From Thermoproteota archaeon (lineage in GTDB: Archaea > Thermoproteota > Thermoprotei > Gearchaeales > Gearchaeaceae): a DNA stretch of 64,000 nucleotides. Shown in pieces: positions 10,102 through 19,896 of this stretch. A model generated the notes under the pieces. The model was not told where the DNA came from and made no database searches. It saw nothing but the letters and a program-made list of their open reading frames with translations. Position numbers and translations under genes: made by a program. The stretch is taken from contig JAVVGF010000005.1 of the NCBI GenBank assembly GCA_032249235.1, positions 1 to 64,000 of the forward strand, in the 5' to 3' direction. Positions within the stretch are counted from its first letter, which is position 1. Each line of letters starts with the position of its first letter.

Positions 10102-10404
10102 TTATATCTCTACGAACAAGAATCCTTCTTCTATCTTTGTTTTATATTTCTTTAAAGACTTTTCTGCAGGAGGATTAACAACTTTACCTGTGCTTATTTC
10201 GAATTGAGATAAGTGCAAAGGACATATTATTCTATCTTCAAGTATGAAAGCATTAGCTAAATCATAATATTCATGTGTACAAATTCCATCTAAAACATGA
10301 ATTTCTGAACCTTTTTTTATAGCTATCAAATGGAGATTATTTACATCAAATCCTTTTATTTCGTCTTCTTTCAAATCGCTTATCTTGCAAAGCTTAATCC
10401 ACAT
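10102..10404 (-). CDS. Rieske-type [2Fe-2S] ferredoxin
   Basis: CTH...CPLH Rieske ligands. Confidence 0.92.
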   Translation of the reverse strand: MWIKLCKISDLKEDEIKGFDVNNLHLIAIKKGSEIHVLDGICTHEYYDLANAFILEDRIICPLHLSQFEISTGKVVNPPAEKSLKKYKTKIEEGFLFVEI

Positions 10405-11801
10405 TATTTTCTATATTTGTAATGTGTTTCGAATAATTTCTCTGGAGAAATAGTCTTTATTTCTTTTAATTCCTCTGTTATTATGAACTTCTCTTTTAAG
10501 CTTCTTCTCCTATTTTCTAATTTATTCTCTATTAGATTTGCTATTTCTTCTTTTATCAATTCTGCAGGTATTTGATCGATTAAAGGTTGGAAGAATGCTA
10601 TTGTCAATAACTTTTTAGCTTCTTGTTCGCTAAGACCTCTAGCCATGAGATAAAATATTTGTTCTTCATCTACTTGTGCAACGCTTGCAGAATGTGTTGC
10701 CCTAACTTCATTATTCTTTATTTCTAATCCAGGAATAGAATCTGCTCTTGCTCCTCTATTCAATATCATCGCATGCTCAGCTAAATATGCATCTGCATTC
10801 TTTGCGTTTTCTTGAATCAATATCATTCCTTTCAACAATGCTCTAGCTTGATCTTTCAAAACTCCTTTCGTCATAGAAACTCCTTTTGTGAAAGGTGCAT
10901 TATGAGATAAATAAGTAGTCAAGTCGAAAACTTGATCTGAATCTCCAACAATTATTTCATTCATATTAGATATGACTCCTTGTTGATTCATAGCATTATC
11001 AGTCTTAGCTCTCGTAGTTAAACTTCCGAAATTGAGTATAACCCATGTGATCCTAGAATCTTTATTGCAAGAAGCTCTTCGATTTATGAAATAGTTTGTT
11101 TGTTTATTGAAATCGTTTATTAAAATATATTCTACTTCTGACGCTTCATTCAAATGCAAATTCAAATTAACGCTATATAATGACTGTTTTGAATCTTCTT
11201 TTAACGAATAGTTTTCTTCAAGAATTGTTAATCTAGTATCTTCACCGACGTTTATGAAATTCTTGACTACGCTTAATTTTCCTTCTTCACTTTGGAAGTT
11301 TATTATTCTTAAAGGTAACTTTAATATTAAACCGCTAGGTATATTTATGTAAAAGCCTGAGCTGAATAATGCATCATTGAAGGCTATGAACTTATCTTCT
11401 TCAGATCTTAAATTCTTCATGCTGAATAACTTTTTAGCATTTTCTTCATCCTTCAACAAATCTTGAATGCTATATATTACCAATCCTTTTTCTTTTAATG
11501 GCTCAGGAATGTTTATTCTGTATATTTGTCCATCTTTTAAGCAAACATATGGCATAGAGCTTATTTGAGAAAGCAATTCATCTATTTCGCTCAATCGCTT
11601 AATTTCGCTTTTTATAAAGAATTGAGGTTCGCTGAAATTCACTTTAGATACGTCATGATGTTTGACATATAATGGAGATATTTCAATAGGTAGCTTGTTG
11701 AATAATTCCCATGCTCTATATCTTTGTTCAGATATCCAAGAAGGCTCACTAGTATAGTAGCTTATCTCCTTTATTATATTAGAATCTAAATTCAGACTCA
11801 T
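10404..11801 (-). CDS. sufD: Fe-S cluster assembly protein SufD
   Basis: SufBD beta-helix; ADSIPGLEI, ATHSASV, QIFYLMARG. Confidence 0.92.
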   Translation of the reverse strand: MSLNLDSNIIKEISYYTSEPSWISEQRYRAWELFNKLPIEISPLYVKHHDVSKVNFSEPQFFIKSEIKRLSEIDELLSQISSMPYVCLKDGQIYRINIPEPLKEKGLVIYSIQDLLKDEENAKKLFSMKNLRSEEDKFIAFNDALFSSGFYINIPSGLILKLPLRIINFQSEEGKLSVVKNFINVGEDTRLTILEENYSLKEDSKQSLYSVNLNLHLNEASEVEYILINDFNKQTNYFINRRASCNKDSRITWVILNFGSLTTRAKTDNAMNQQGVISNMNEIIVGDSDQVFDLTTYLSHNAPFTKGVSMTKGVLKDQARALLKGMILIQENAKNADAYLAEHAMILNRGARADSIPGLEIKNNEVRATHSASVAQVDEEQIFYLMARGLSEQEAKKLLTIAFFQPLIDQIPAELIKEEIANLIENKLENRRRSLKEKFIITEELKEIKTISPEKLFETHYKYRK

Positions 11802-11809
11802 AAAAAATA

Positions 11810-13207
11810 TTAACCTACTGCACCAGTCATTTCCAATCTTAAAAGTCTGTTCATTTCTACTGCATATTCCATAGGTAATTCCTTAATGAAAGGTTCAAAG
11901 AAACCTAGAACTATCATATTCAATGCTTCTGTTTCAGAAATTCCTCTCGACATCAAATAGAATAGCTGATCATCGCTTATCTTTCCTACTGTTGCTTCAT
12001 GTGTCACTGTTGCATCGTCTTCAAGTATTTCATTATAAGGATATGTATCTGTCTTGGATTTCTCGTCGAGCAATAAAGCATCACATCTTACGCTAGATTT
12101 TACTCCTCTTGCTCCTTTTGCTACATGAACCAATCCTCTATAAGTTGTCCTTCCTCCATCTTTTGAAACAGATTTTGCAGTTATTCTTGAAGAAGTATAA
12201 GGTGCAAGATGGAACATCTTAGCTCCAGTATCTTGATGTTGTCCTCTACCAGCGAAGGCTACGGATAATACTTCTCCTCTTGCATACTTGCCTAGTAAAT
12301 AAACTGAAGGATATTTCATTGTAGCCTTGCTTCCAATGTTTGCATCTACCCATTCAACTGTAGCTTCTTCATAAGCATGTGCTCTTTTAGTTACGAGATT
12401 ATAAACATCTATAGACCAGTTCTGTATAGTTGTATATCTTACCTTTGCACCTTTCTTTGCAATTATCTCTACTACTGCTGAATGTAAAGAATTCGAAGCG
12501 TAAATAGGCGCAGTACACCCCTCAATATAATGAACCTCGCTGTATGGTTCCGCAATTATCAATGTCCTTTCAAATTGCCCCATATTTTGGGCATTTATTC
12601 TGAAGTATGCTTGCAAGGGTAAATCTACTTTAACCCCTTCAGGAACATAAATGAATGAACCTCCACTCCATACTGCAGAATTCAACGCTGCGAACTTATT
12701 ATCGTTTGGAGGAACGACTGTTCCAAAATATTTCTTGAAAATCTCAGGATATTCCTTCAAAGCAGTATCGGTATCTAAAAATATGACCCCTAGTTTCTCG
12801 AGTTCTTTCCTTATGTTATGATAAACTACTTCAGATTCATACTGTGCTCCTACTCCTGCTAAGAATTTCCTTTCTGCTTCAGGTATTCCTAAAGCTTCAA
12901 ATGTTCTCTTTATATATTCAGGTACCTCTTCCCAACTCCTCCCTTTCTTGCTCGTCGGTCTTGCATAGTAGCAAAATTCATCGAAGTTAATAGTAGATAA
13001 ATCTACACCCCATGTTGGCATTGGCTTCTCCATGAATATCCTATAAGCCTTAACTCTGAATTCTTCCATCCAAGTAGGTTCATCTTTAATTCTAGAAATT
13101 TCTCTGACAATTTCTTCGGTTAATCCTTTAGGAAACTTTACTTCATATTCTACATAATCTCTGAAATTATATTTGCTATAATCAAAGCTTAGTTCAACTT
13201 TTGTCAT
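11810..13207 (-). CDS. sufB: Fe-S cluster assembly protein SufB
   Basis: [40 protein letters not shown]. Confidence 0.97.
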   Translation of the reverse strand: MTKVELSFDYSKYNFRDYVEYEVKFPKGLTEEIVREISRIKDEPTWMEEFRVKAYRIFMEKPMPTWGVDLSTINFDEFCYYARPTSKKGRSWEEVPEYIKRTFEALGIPEAERKFLAGVGAQYESEVVYHNIRKELEKLGVIFLDTDTALKEYPEIFKKYFGTVVPPNDNKFAALNSAVWSGGSFIYVPEGVKVDLPLQAYFRINAQNMGQFERTLIIAEPYSEVHYIEGCTAPIYASNSLHSAVVEIIAKKGAKVRYTTIQNWSIDVYNLVTKRAHAYEEATVEWVDANIGSKATMKYPSVYLLGKYARGEVLSVAFAGRGQHQDTGAKMFHLAPYTSSRITAKSVSKDGGRTTYRGLVHVAKGARGVKSSVRCDALLLDEKSKTDTYPYNEILEDDATVTHEATVGKISDDQLFYLMSRGISETEALNMIVLGFFEPFIKELPMEYAVEMNRLLRLEMTGAVG

Positions 13208-13249
13208 ACCAATACTTCTTGATCTACAATGAATATAAACATAACGCTG

Positions 13250-14017
13250 TTATACCTCTTTCTTAAACCAGTCATAGCCTTTTTGTTCGAGCAAATCTGC
13301 AAGCTCATGGCCTCCTGTTTCAACAATCCTTCCATCTATTAATACATGAACATAATCTGGCTTAATGAACTGCAGAATTCTGTTATAATGAGTTATCAAT
13401 ATCAAGCCTATTTCACGTCTGCTAATATCTAATATTGCATTGGAAACGATTTTAATACCATCAATATCTAAACCTGAATCTGTCTCATCTAGTATTGCAA
13501 ACTTAGGCTTTATCATAGCCATTTGTACAATTTCACTTTTCTTCTTTTCACCTCCAGAGAATCCTTCATTTACATATCTATTTATGAAAGTTTCATCGAG
13601 ACCTACTTTCTTCAAGTTAATTTCCAATTCTTTCCTTATTTGAGCTAAAGGTATGTTAGGTTTTTCATTTGGAGACTTAGGAGCATATTTTAGAGCAGTC
13701 AATGAAGCTTTGATCAAAGTGAAAAGCGTTATTCCTTGCAATCCTATTGGATATTGCAAAGAAATGAATAAGCCTTTCTGTGCTCTTTTATCAGTCGTCA
13801 AGCCTAATATGCTTTCTCCATTTATTTTAACATCTCCTTTAGTTATTTTATATCTAGGATGACCCATTATTGCTAGAGCTAGAGAAGTCTTGCCTGCACC
13901 ATTTGGGCCCATTATTGCATGGATTTCATTGCTTTTCACTTCTAGATTAATATCCTTTAATATTTCTTTTCCTTCAACTTCGACATGTAAATGTTCTATT
14001 GTTAATACATCAACCAT
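13250..14017 (-). CDS. sufC: Fe-S cluster assembly ATPase SufC
   Basis: GPNGAGKT, GFSGGEKK, LDETDSGLD; ATG at 14017 (MVDVLTI) preferred over the ORF-track start. Confidence 0.96.
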   Translation of the reverse strand: MVDVLTIEHLHVEVEGKEILKDINLEVKSNEIHAIMGPNGAGKTSLALAIMGHPRYKITKGDVKINGESILGLTTDKRAQKGLFISLQYPIGLQGITLFTLIKASLTALKYAPKSPNEKPNIPLAQIRKELEINLKKVGLDETFINRYVNEGFSGGEKKKSEIVQMAMIKPKFAILDETDSGLDIDGIKIVSNAILDISRREIGLILITHYNRILQFIKPDYVHVLIDGRIVETGGHELADLLEQKGYDWFKKEV

Positions 14018-14071
14018 TTTTCGATAACATCTCTTATACCAACTTAAATATAAATATAACATTGTTATAGC

Positions 14072-14893
14072 ATGAGCAGGAAGGTTTATTGTGAATCTCT
14101 TGAAATTGAGCTAGAATTACCTGATAAATGTGAAAGAATAATAAGCTTCAGTCCTGCAGTAACTGAAGCTCTTTTCGTGATGGGCTTAGGAGATAAGATC
14201 ATCGGTGTTAGTGCTTTTTGTGTCAGACCTGAACAAGCAAGGAAAAAACCTATACTTGGTAGCTATTCAAGCGTCAATATTGAAAGACTTTCTTCATTTA
14301 AGCCAGATCTAATATTCACTACTACTGGATATCAAAGAGACTTTGCAAAAAAGTTATCTAAATTATTCAATGTTTATGCAATAGCTTTACCAACAAACAT
14401 TGCAGGCATAATTTCAACATGTACAGAAGTAGGAATAGTTGCAGGCTATTACGACGAAGCAAGAAACTTAGAGAAAAAACTATTTGAATCTCTTAAATCA
14501 ATAAAGCAAAGCGGAAAATCGAAAAGCGTTTATGTAGAAATTGATTTCGACATACCTGTAACTTTTGGAGCATATAGCTACATTACTGATTCAATAAACT
14601 TCCTAGGACATAGGAATATTTTTCAAAACATACCTAAAGAATGGCTCATGCCAGATTTCGATTTTTTGAAAAAAGAAGATCCTGATGTAATAATTTATGA
14701 GCCAAAAATGTTTAGAGATGAAAGAGAAGAAGACCTCTTAGAGAAGTTTCGCAAAAGAAATCTAATGGATTTAAGAGCAATAAAAGAAAGGAGATTTTAC
14801 ATAACACCTAGACCTTATGATTTCCTAGCCCATCATGGACCTAGTTTCATTTTAGAAGCTATTCCATGGTTGCAAAGAATATTGAATGAATAA
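14072..14893 (+). CDS. Helical-backbone (BtuF/FepB class III) substrate-binding-fold protein, no signal peptide
   Basis: ERIISFSPAVTEALF, IIGVSAFC, KPDLIF, DPDVII, HHGP; no N-terminal TM or lipobox. Confidence 0.8.
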   Translation: MSRKVYCESLEIELELPDKCERIISFSPAVTEALFVMGLGDKIIGVSAFCVRPEQARKKPILGSYSSVNIERLSSFKPDLIFTTTGYQRDFAKKLSKLFNVYAIALPTNIAGIISTCTEVGIVAGYYDEARNLEKKLFESLKSIKQSGKSKSVYVEIDFDIPVTFGAYSYITDSINFLGHRNIFQNIPKEWLMPDFDFLKKEDPDVIIYEPKMFRDEREEDLLEKFRKRNLMDLRAIKERRFYITPRPYDFLAHHGPSFILEAIPWLQRILNE

Positions 14894-14966
14894 GCCCCAG
14901 GTGGGATTTGAACCCACGATCTCCTGCTTACGAGGCAGGCGCATTACCAGACTATGCTACTGGGGC
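14893..14966 (-). tRNA. tRNA-Thr(CGT)
   Basis: GCCCCAG/CTGGGGC acceptor stem; CCTGC-CT-CGT-AA-GCAGG; TTCAAAT. Confidence 0.96.
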
Positions 14967-15005
14967 TAAAATAAATTTATCTATTGTTGGTTAAATATTT
15001 AACTA

Positions 15006-15992
15006 ATGAAAAAAATTAAAGAACTAGGAGAAAGAAAACTTATCGATATAATTCATGATTTCGTTTTACAATATTGGAGAGAAAGACCATTGTATGATGA
15101 TGCTATTTATTATGAAATAGGGCCTTTTAGCTACATGTTCTTCCATACAGATGTACTTAATTATTCAACAGATTATCTAGAAGGAATGGGACTTTATAAT
15201 TTCGGTTGGAAGGCTGTAATTTGCAATTTATCTGATATAGCCTGTAAAGGAGCTACGCCTATTGGCATGCTTGCTTCAATTTCTTTGCCTGATGATATGA
15301 CTGAATCGCAATTCCAAGAACTTATCAAAGGAATATGCGATGCCTTAAAAGAAAATGGTGCAAGATATCTAGGTGGAGATTTGTCTTCTTCTAAAGAATT
15401 ATCGATAGCAGGATTTGTTTTTGGTAGAGGCCATAGAGTTATTTTGAGAAGCGGTTCGAGCGAAGAACATTTAATAGGAGTTTCAGGAAAATTCGGTTTA
15501 ACTTCTTTAGCTTATAAAATACTTTTCGAGAAATGGGAAGTCCCAGAATATCTTAAAAAGAGAGCATTGCAAAGTGTTTTTAAACCTCCAGGAAGAATAA
15601 AAGAAGCTACGTATATTTCTGATTTCGTAGTTTCATGCATGGATATAAGCGATGGTTTAGCTATTTCTTTACACCTACTAGCTGATGCAAATAACATGGG
15701 CATCGAAGTAAATAAAATACCGATAGATGAGGAAGTATTGGATTATTGTAGAGCAAAGGGAATAGATCCGCTTGAATTTGCGCTTTATCATGGAGGTGAA
15801 GAATATGAATTACTTTTCACATATCCACCGCAATATGAATATTACATAAAACAGGTCTTGTTTAGAAGAAATGCTTGGTTTACAAGAATAGGTAAATTCA
15901 CTACAAAAAGAGAAGGAGTTTATTTCAAAAGTAAAGAAAAGAAATTTGAAATAGAAAGAAGAGGTTGGGAACACTTTAAATATTGGATTTGA
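15006..15992 (+). CDS. thiL: Thiamine-monophosphate kinase
   Basis: GERKLID, DDA, HTDVL, GWKAVICNLSDIACKGA, GGD, MDISDGL, GGEEYELLFT. Confidence 0.9.
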   Translation: MKKIKELGERKLIDIIHDFVLQYWRERPLYDDAIYYEIGPFSYMFFHTDVLNYSTDYLEGMGLYNFGWKAVICNLSDIACKGATPIGMLASISLPDDMTESQFQELIKGICDALKENGARYLGGDLSSSKELSIAGFVFGRGHRVILRSGSSEEHLIGVSGKFGLTSLAYKILFEKWEVPEYLKKRALQSVFKPPGRIKEATYISDFVVSCMDISDGLAISLHLLADANNMGIEVNKIPIDEEVLDYCRAKGIDPLEFALYHGGEEYELLFTYPPQYEYYIKQVLFRRNAWFTRIGKFTTKREGVYFKSKEKKFEIERRGWEHFKYWI

Positions 15993-16003
15993 TAAAATAA
16001 TTC

Positions 16004-16144
16004 ATGCGTTGCAAGTATTGCCATTCTGAAATTCGAGTATTCGTTAAAGATCCTGTTTTGCATTTCAATGAATATCCATTTTGCACCAATTGCAATAGCA
16101 TCGTAGAAGTTGAACCTGATGAAAAAGATCTAGAAAATAGCTAG
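16004..16144 (+). CDS. Small CxxC...CxxC zinc-ribbon protein (46 aa)
   Basis: Below the ORF-track cutoff: MRCKYCHSEIRVFVKDPVLHFNEYPFCTNCNSIVEVEPDEKDLENS; fills the gap exactly, with a CTAG stop/stop overlap with the convergent gene. Confidence 0.7.
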   Translation: MRCKYCHSEIRVFVKDPVLHFNEYPFCTNCNSIVEVEPDEKDLENS

Positions 16145-16410
16145 TCTTTCTTTTTACCTCTGTATAGTATAAAAGAGAAGAATGCCATTATCTTGCCAGT
16201 TATTTTTTCTCTCAATGTAGGTATTGGTTCTAGATATCCATGACTTTCATGTATTAGCGTGCGAAGCTTTTCAATTTCATCCTTATCTCTTACATAAATA
16301 ACTAGCTTAAGCGGTGGTTTCCTATAAAATTTGAATCCTTCTTTGCTAAGTCTTTCTTCAGCTCTTTCAATAGCGAAATCATTACCAAACGTAGCTTCGA
16401 CTTTTTTCAT
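16141..16410 (-). CDS. Hypothetical protein, small alpha/beta domain + C-terminal amphipathic helix
   Basis: ATGA overlap with the upstream gene fixes the start at 16410 (89 aa). Confidence 0.65.
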   Translation of the reverse strand: MKKVEATFGNDFAIERAEERLSKEGFKFYRKPPLKLVIYVRDKDEIEKLRTLIHESHGYLEPIPTLREKITGKIMAFFSFILYRGKKKD

Positions 16411-16931
16411 TCTAAACATTCAATTTCTATAACATTACTCTTAGATTTTAGTGTTGAAGATTTTATGAATGCATAATTAGCCCACTTTACCTTGATTTCT
16501 GCTCCTATTTTATTATTGCCTATTCTAAGCATGCTCGAATTTATTTCATAAGTTTTCTTTAAACTGAATAACTTTTCTTTTATTTCTTCAAGATTTTTTA
16601 TCAAATAAGGTTGCTTATCTTCCAAAACTAATTCAACCCAATAAGTTTTCTCAATCGTAGGATTTCTAGTAAAGAAGAAAACAGCTTTCCTAATAACTTT
16701 GTCTTCTAGAATGTTTTTTGAGAATATTCCTTTAATCAATTTAATTTTAATGAAATATCTTAGCATAAATCTTCTATCGCCTGCTTTATATGCTAATTCC
16801 CAATTTTCAGGTATAAAAGAATCTCTTATTTCTCCTATTAGATAGCATGAAATATTAAGCTTTATTGGCTCTCCTTGTTTTACTTTAGCATTTTCAGCCT
16901 CGATCTTGAATTCATTTATTTCACTCTTCAT
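16407..16931 (-). CDS. Hypothetical beta-rich protein
   Basis: 174 aa, 1 nt after the ATPase stop; RKAVFFFTRNP motif resembles thaumarchaeal conserved hypotheticals (from recall). Confidence 0.7.
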   Translation of the reverse strand: MKSEINEFKIEAENAKVKQGEPIKLNISCYLIGEIRDSFIPENWELAYKAGDRRFMLRYFIKIKLIKGIFSKNILEDKVIRKAVFFFTRNPTIEKTYWVELVLEDKQPYLIKNLEEIKEKLFSLKKTYEINSSMLRIGNNKIGAEIKVKWANYAFIKSSTLKSKSNVIEIECLE

Positions 16932-16932
16932 T

Positions 16933-18003
16933 TCATACTATTAAGAATGAATGTTCATCCATTCCTATTTTTATTATTTCTCCTTCTGGCTTGCTAATGC
17001 TTCTAACGAATGCTTCTCCGACTTTCAAATTCGATATGATTTCTTCAAATCCACTATAATAGCTAGAAGTATAAGCATGCTTTTTTATCACTTCTATTTC
17101 ATCTGAACTTAAAATTTGATGAGCAATGAGCAATCCTGCATTAGCTATTATTCTAGGATTTATTTCAGAAGGATTTGGAGAAGCAATTATCAAGCTCATT
17201 CCATATTTCCTAAGCTCCATTGCTATTTTTTCAATCAAGCCGAATTTTATATCTTTACCCGCAATGTTATGGGCTTCATCTATCATGAAAGCTATTTTAA
17301 TATCGTTGCTGAACCCTTCTCTTTTAAGCTTGAGCATGATTAAATTCGAAATTATTAAAGAGAACAAGTTTTTAGGTGCTTCATACTCCAAATTCGATAA
17401 ATCTACTACATGAATTCCTTTTTCGAATATATTATCAATGATTGAAATACTTGTGTTTGTAAAGGCTTTTTTGAACTTACCTATCGAGAACAATCCAAAT
17501 CTCGAAGCTATTGCTTCAGCAGCTTCTATCCAAAGTTTCAATTCCTCTTTAGCTATCCTCCTGCATTCATTTATCAATGAAGTAAAATCTATGCTGCCTT
17601 TTTCTGCTAGTCTATATAAAGCCTGAAATATCAATCTATTTTGCAATGGACTCAAATTTTCTTTCCATGTAATCTTGCAAAACTCATCTAGAAGCCAAAG
17701 ATACTTTTGTATTCTTTCTTCAAAATTTTCTTCTTCCCAAATATCGAAAGGTGAAAGATTAAGATTGTAACCAGGATAATAAATCCTTGAACAGTTAAGC
17801 TTTATCATTTTATTCCTGAATTCTCCTGTTCTATCGATTATCAATGAAGCAATATCGTTTTTCATCAATTCATAAGCTATTATAGCCATCGTTGTTGACT
17901 TTCCACTTCCAGTCATTCCAAAAATGCATGCATGTCTTTTGAAATCTTCTACGTTTAAATGGAAAATCTCGTCGTTATTCTTAATCCTACCTATTTTTAT
18001 CAC
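16933..18003 (-). CDS. HerA/FtsK-superfamily (DUF87-like) ATPase without HAS barrel
   Basis: RHACIFGMTGSGKS (Walker A), IIDRTGEF, FMIDEAH (Walker B), ELRKYG (Arg finger). Confidence 0.85.
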   Translation of the reverse strand: MIKIGRIKNNDEIFHLNVEDFKRHACIFGMTGSGKSTTMAIIAYELMKNDIASLIIDRTGEFRNKMIKLNCSRIYYPGYNLNLSPFDIWEEENFEERIQKYLWLLDEFCKITWKENLSPLQNRLIFQALYRLAEKGSIDFTSLINECRRIAKEELKLWIEAAEAIASRFGLFSIGKFKKAFTNTSISIIDNIFEKGIHVVDLSNLEYEAPKNLFSLIISNLIMLKLKREGFSNDIKIAFMIDEAHNIAGKDIKFGLIEKIAMELRKYGMSLIIASPNPSEINPRIIANAGLLIAHQILSSDEIEVIKKHAYTSSYYSGFEEIISNLKVGEAFVRSISKPEGEIIKIGMDEHSFLIV

Positions 18004-18046
18004 AAAATAAATTAGAAAATTAAAAAAAGCTATACTTGCTTACTTT

Positions 18047-19798
18047 TCAGCTCGCCTTATTTTCAGGAATAATAGCAGCCTGTCCTGTCTTAGAGCTATG
18101 AATTACTGAGCATGCACAACCTGGTAATTGATCAGCTTTAGCATCTCCCTTACCATTTTGTTTTGCTAAATCACAACCACAATTTGGATGATGCTTTCCT
18201 CTCCTCAAGGTTCCTCTATAAAGTCCATCTTCAAGCTTTCTACCTACACTTTTCTCCCATTCTGGAACAGGTATTCCATATTTCTGTTGTATCCTATCTC
18301 TATAGAATTCTGGAATTACGTTGAATGAGCAGAAAGGTATTATTCTAAGATCAGGAGTTAAGTAATGAATGTCGCATCTTTGAAGTCTTTCTTCATCTTG
18401 ATTATATTTGTCTTGGAAATGCATCATTCCTAAGAATAAGCTTTTGAGTTGCAATTGACCTACTGCTTCATAGCTGTTATAAACTATTATATCAGTTATC
18501 AATTTTCCGAAGTTCAATCCTTTTGGCTCCTTGCTTTTATCTATGAAGCTATTAAACTTGAATAAGAATTTAGCTACGCTCAAAGCTCCTGGCTTTCCGC
18601 TCTTTATCTCATCGATTTCTTCATCTAAAAATTCTATTAATCCTTTTATGTCTACGAATCTAGTTATAGGTACAAGTTTATTGGTTTCTTTATCAATGAA
18701 AACATATGTACCTGCACCGCATGCGAAGTGTATAGATAGCTCATATTTTGGCTTCCTTGTAATGAACTGTATGAAATCGCTTAAAGGTGTGCATGAAGGA
18801 ACAGGGAACCAGTCATCTGCTGTAATTTCGCCATTTGTTTGTTCTTCAATTCTATGAATACAATCTGGAATTGTTATTCTGTATTTTTCTCTTTCAGTCT
18901 TTGTAAGTCTTCCTGTCAAAGATACTGGTTGGAAGTTTACAGCTCTAACTATATCCATGTTTCTTTGTGCAAATCTTATTATTAATCCAAGTTCATGATC
19001 GTTTACGCTCTTTATTACTGTCGGAACTAATACTACTCCTAAATTAGCTTTTCTACATGCATCTAGAACATAAGGTATTTCCCAATGGTTCTTAGGATTT
19101 GTTCTAGGAGTTACGCCATCGAAGCTAAGATATAAGTTTGAGACTCCTGCTTTTCTCAATGCAATTGCATATTCAGGCCCTCTTAATGCAATGTTTATTC
19201 CATTTGTATTTAGTTGTATGTGATCAATTCCTTCAGCTTTTATTGCCCTAATTATATCAATAAGATCTTCTCTCAAAGTAGGTTCTCCTCCAGTTATTTG
19301 GACTGAATTTCCTGGCACAGGTCTTTCGCTTCTCAACATTCTAACCATTTCTACGATCTCTTCAATGCTAGGTTCATATACATATGCTCCTTCCAATCCT
19401 TTTTTAACGTAGAAGAAGCAATACCAGCAAGTCAAGTCGCATCTGTTCGTAACGATTATATTAGCTAAAGCAGTATGGCTTATATGATTGCTACATAGAC
19501 CGCAGTTATAAGGGCACATACATCTTTCTAATGGAACATTTGGTGCAAGCGTTCCTTTCCCATCTTTCCAATAAGTGCTGAATCTTTGATACATTTCATA
19601 ATCTCCGAAGTATAATTCTTCAGTTTCACCATGAACAGGACATGTTTTAGTCATGTATACTTTCCCATCTTTTTCATAAACGATTGCAGAGATGAGCCTA
19701 TTGCATTCAGGACATATGCTCTGTGTATGCCTCAATATATGCAAATCTTTTTCTTCCTTCTTCTTTTTCTTAGGTTCAATTTGCAGTAATTGAGCCAT
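18047..19798 (-). CDS. tes: Tetraether lipid synthase Tes (GDGT-MAS, MJ0619/MA_1486 family radical SAM)
   Basis: SICPEC...KTCPVHG, CPYNCGLC, VTNRCDLTCWYC, GGEPT, NFQPVS, HFACG, MMHFQD...RCDIHY...IIPFC; ATG 19798 lies 31 nt after the start of a TTTTTAAA box. Confidence 0.9.
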   Translation of the reverse strand: MAQLLQIEPKKKKKEEKDLHILRHTQSICPECNRLISAIVYEKDGKVYMTKTCPVHGETEELYFGDYEMYQRFSTYWKDGKGTLAPNVPLERCMCPYNCGLCSNHISHTALANIIVTNRCDLTCWYCFFYVKKGLEGAYVYEPSIEEIVEMVRMLRSERPVPGNSVQITGGEPTLREDLIDIIRAIKAEGIDHIQLNTNGINIALRGPEYAIALRKAGVSNLYLSFDGVTPRTNPKNHWEIPYVLDACRKANLGVVLVPTVIKSVNDHELGLIIRFAQRNMDIVRAVNFQPVSLTGRLTKTEREKYRITIPDCIHRIEEQTNGEITADDWFPVPSCTPLSDFIQFITRKPKYELSIHFACGAGTYVFIDKETNKLVPITRFVDIKGLIEFLDEEIDEIKSGKPGALSVAKFLFKFNSFIDKSKEPKGLNFGKLITDIIVYNSYEAVGQLQLKSLFLGMMHFQDKYNQDEERLQRCDIHYLTPDLRIIPFCSFNVIPEFYRDRIQQKYGIPVPEWEKSVGRKLEDGLYRGTLRRGKHHPNCGCDLAKQNGKGDAKADQLPGCACSVIHSSKTGQAAIIPENKAS

Positions 19799-19821
19799 GC
19801 AATTCAAACTTCATATATAGC

Positions 19822-19836
19822 TTTAAAAAGATTTTC
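19822..19836 (-). promoter_or_regulatory. BRE/TATA promoter of tes (likely leaderless)
   Basis: Minus strand reads GAAAATC-TTTTTAAA, ending 23 nt before the ATG at 19798. Confidence 0.6.
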
Positions 19837-19896
19837 CACCATTTCACCTGTAAATAAGTGAGTTTCTTTTTTATAATTGAGACATAAAGTATTCAT

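Noticed and set aside
16933-18003. Calling the ATPase the canonical repair helicase HerA or CedB
   Set aside because: It has no HAS barrel or TM anchor, and no nurA/mre11/rad50 or cedA neighbours.
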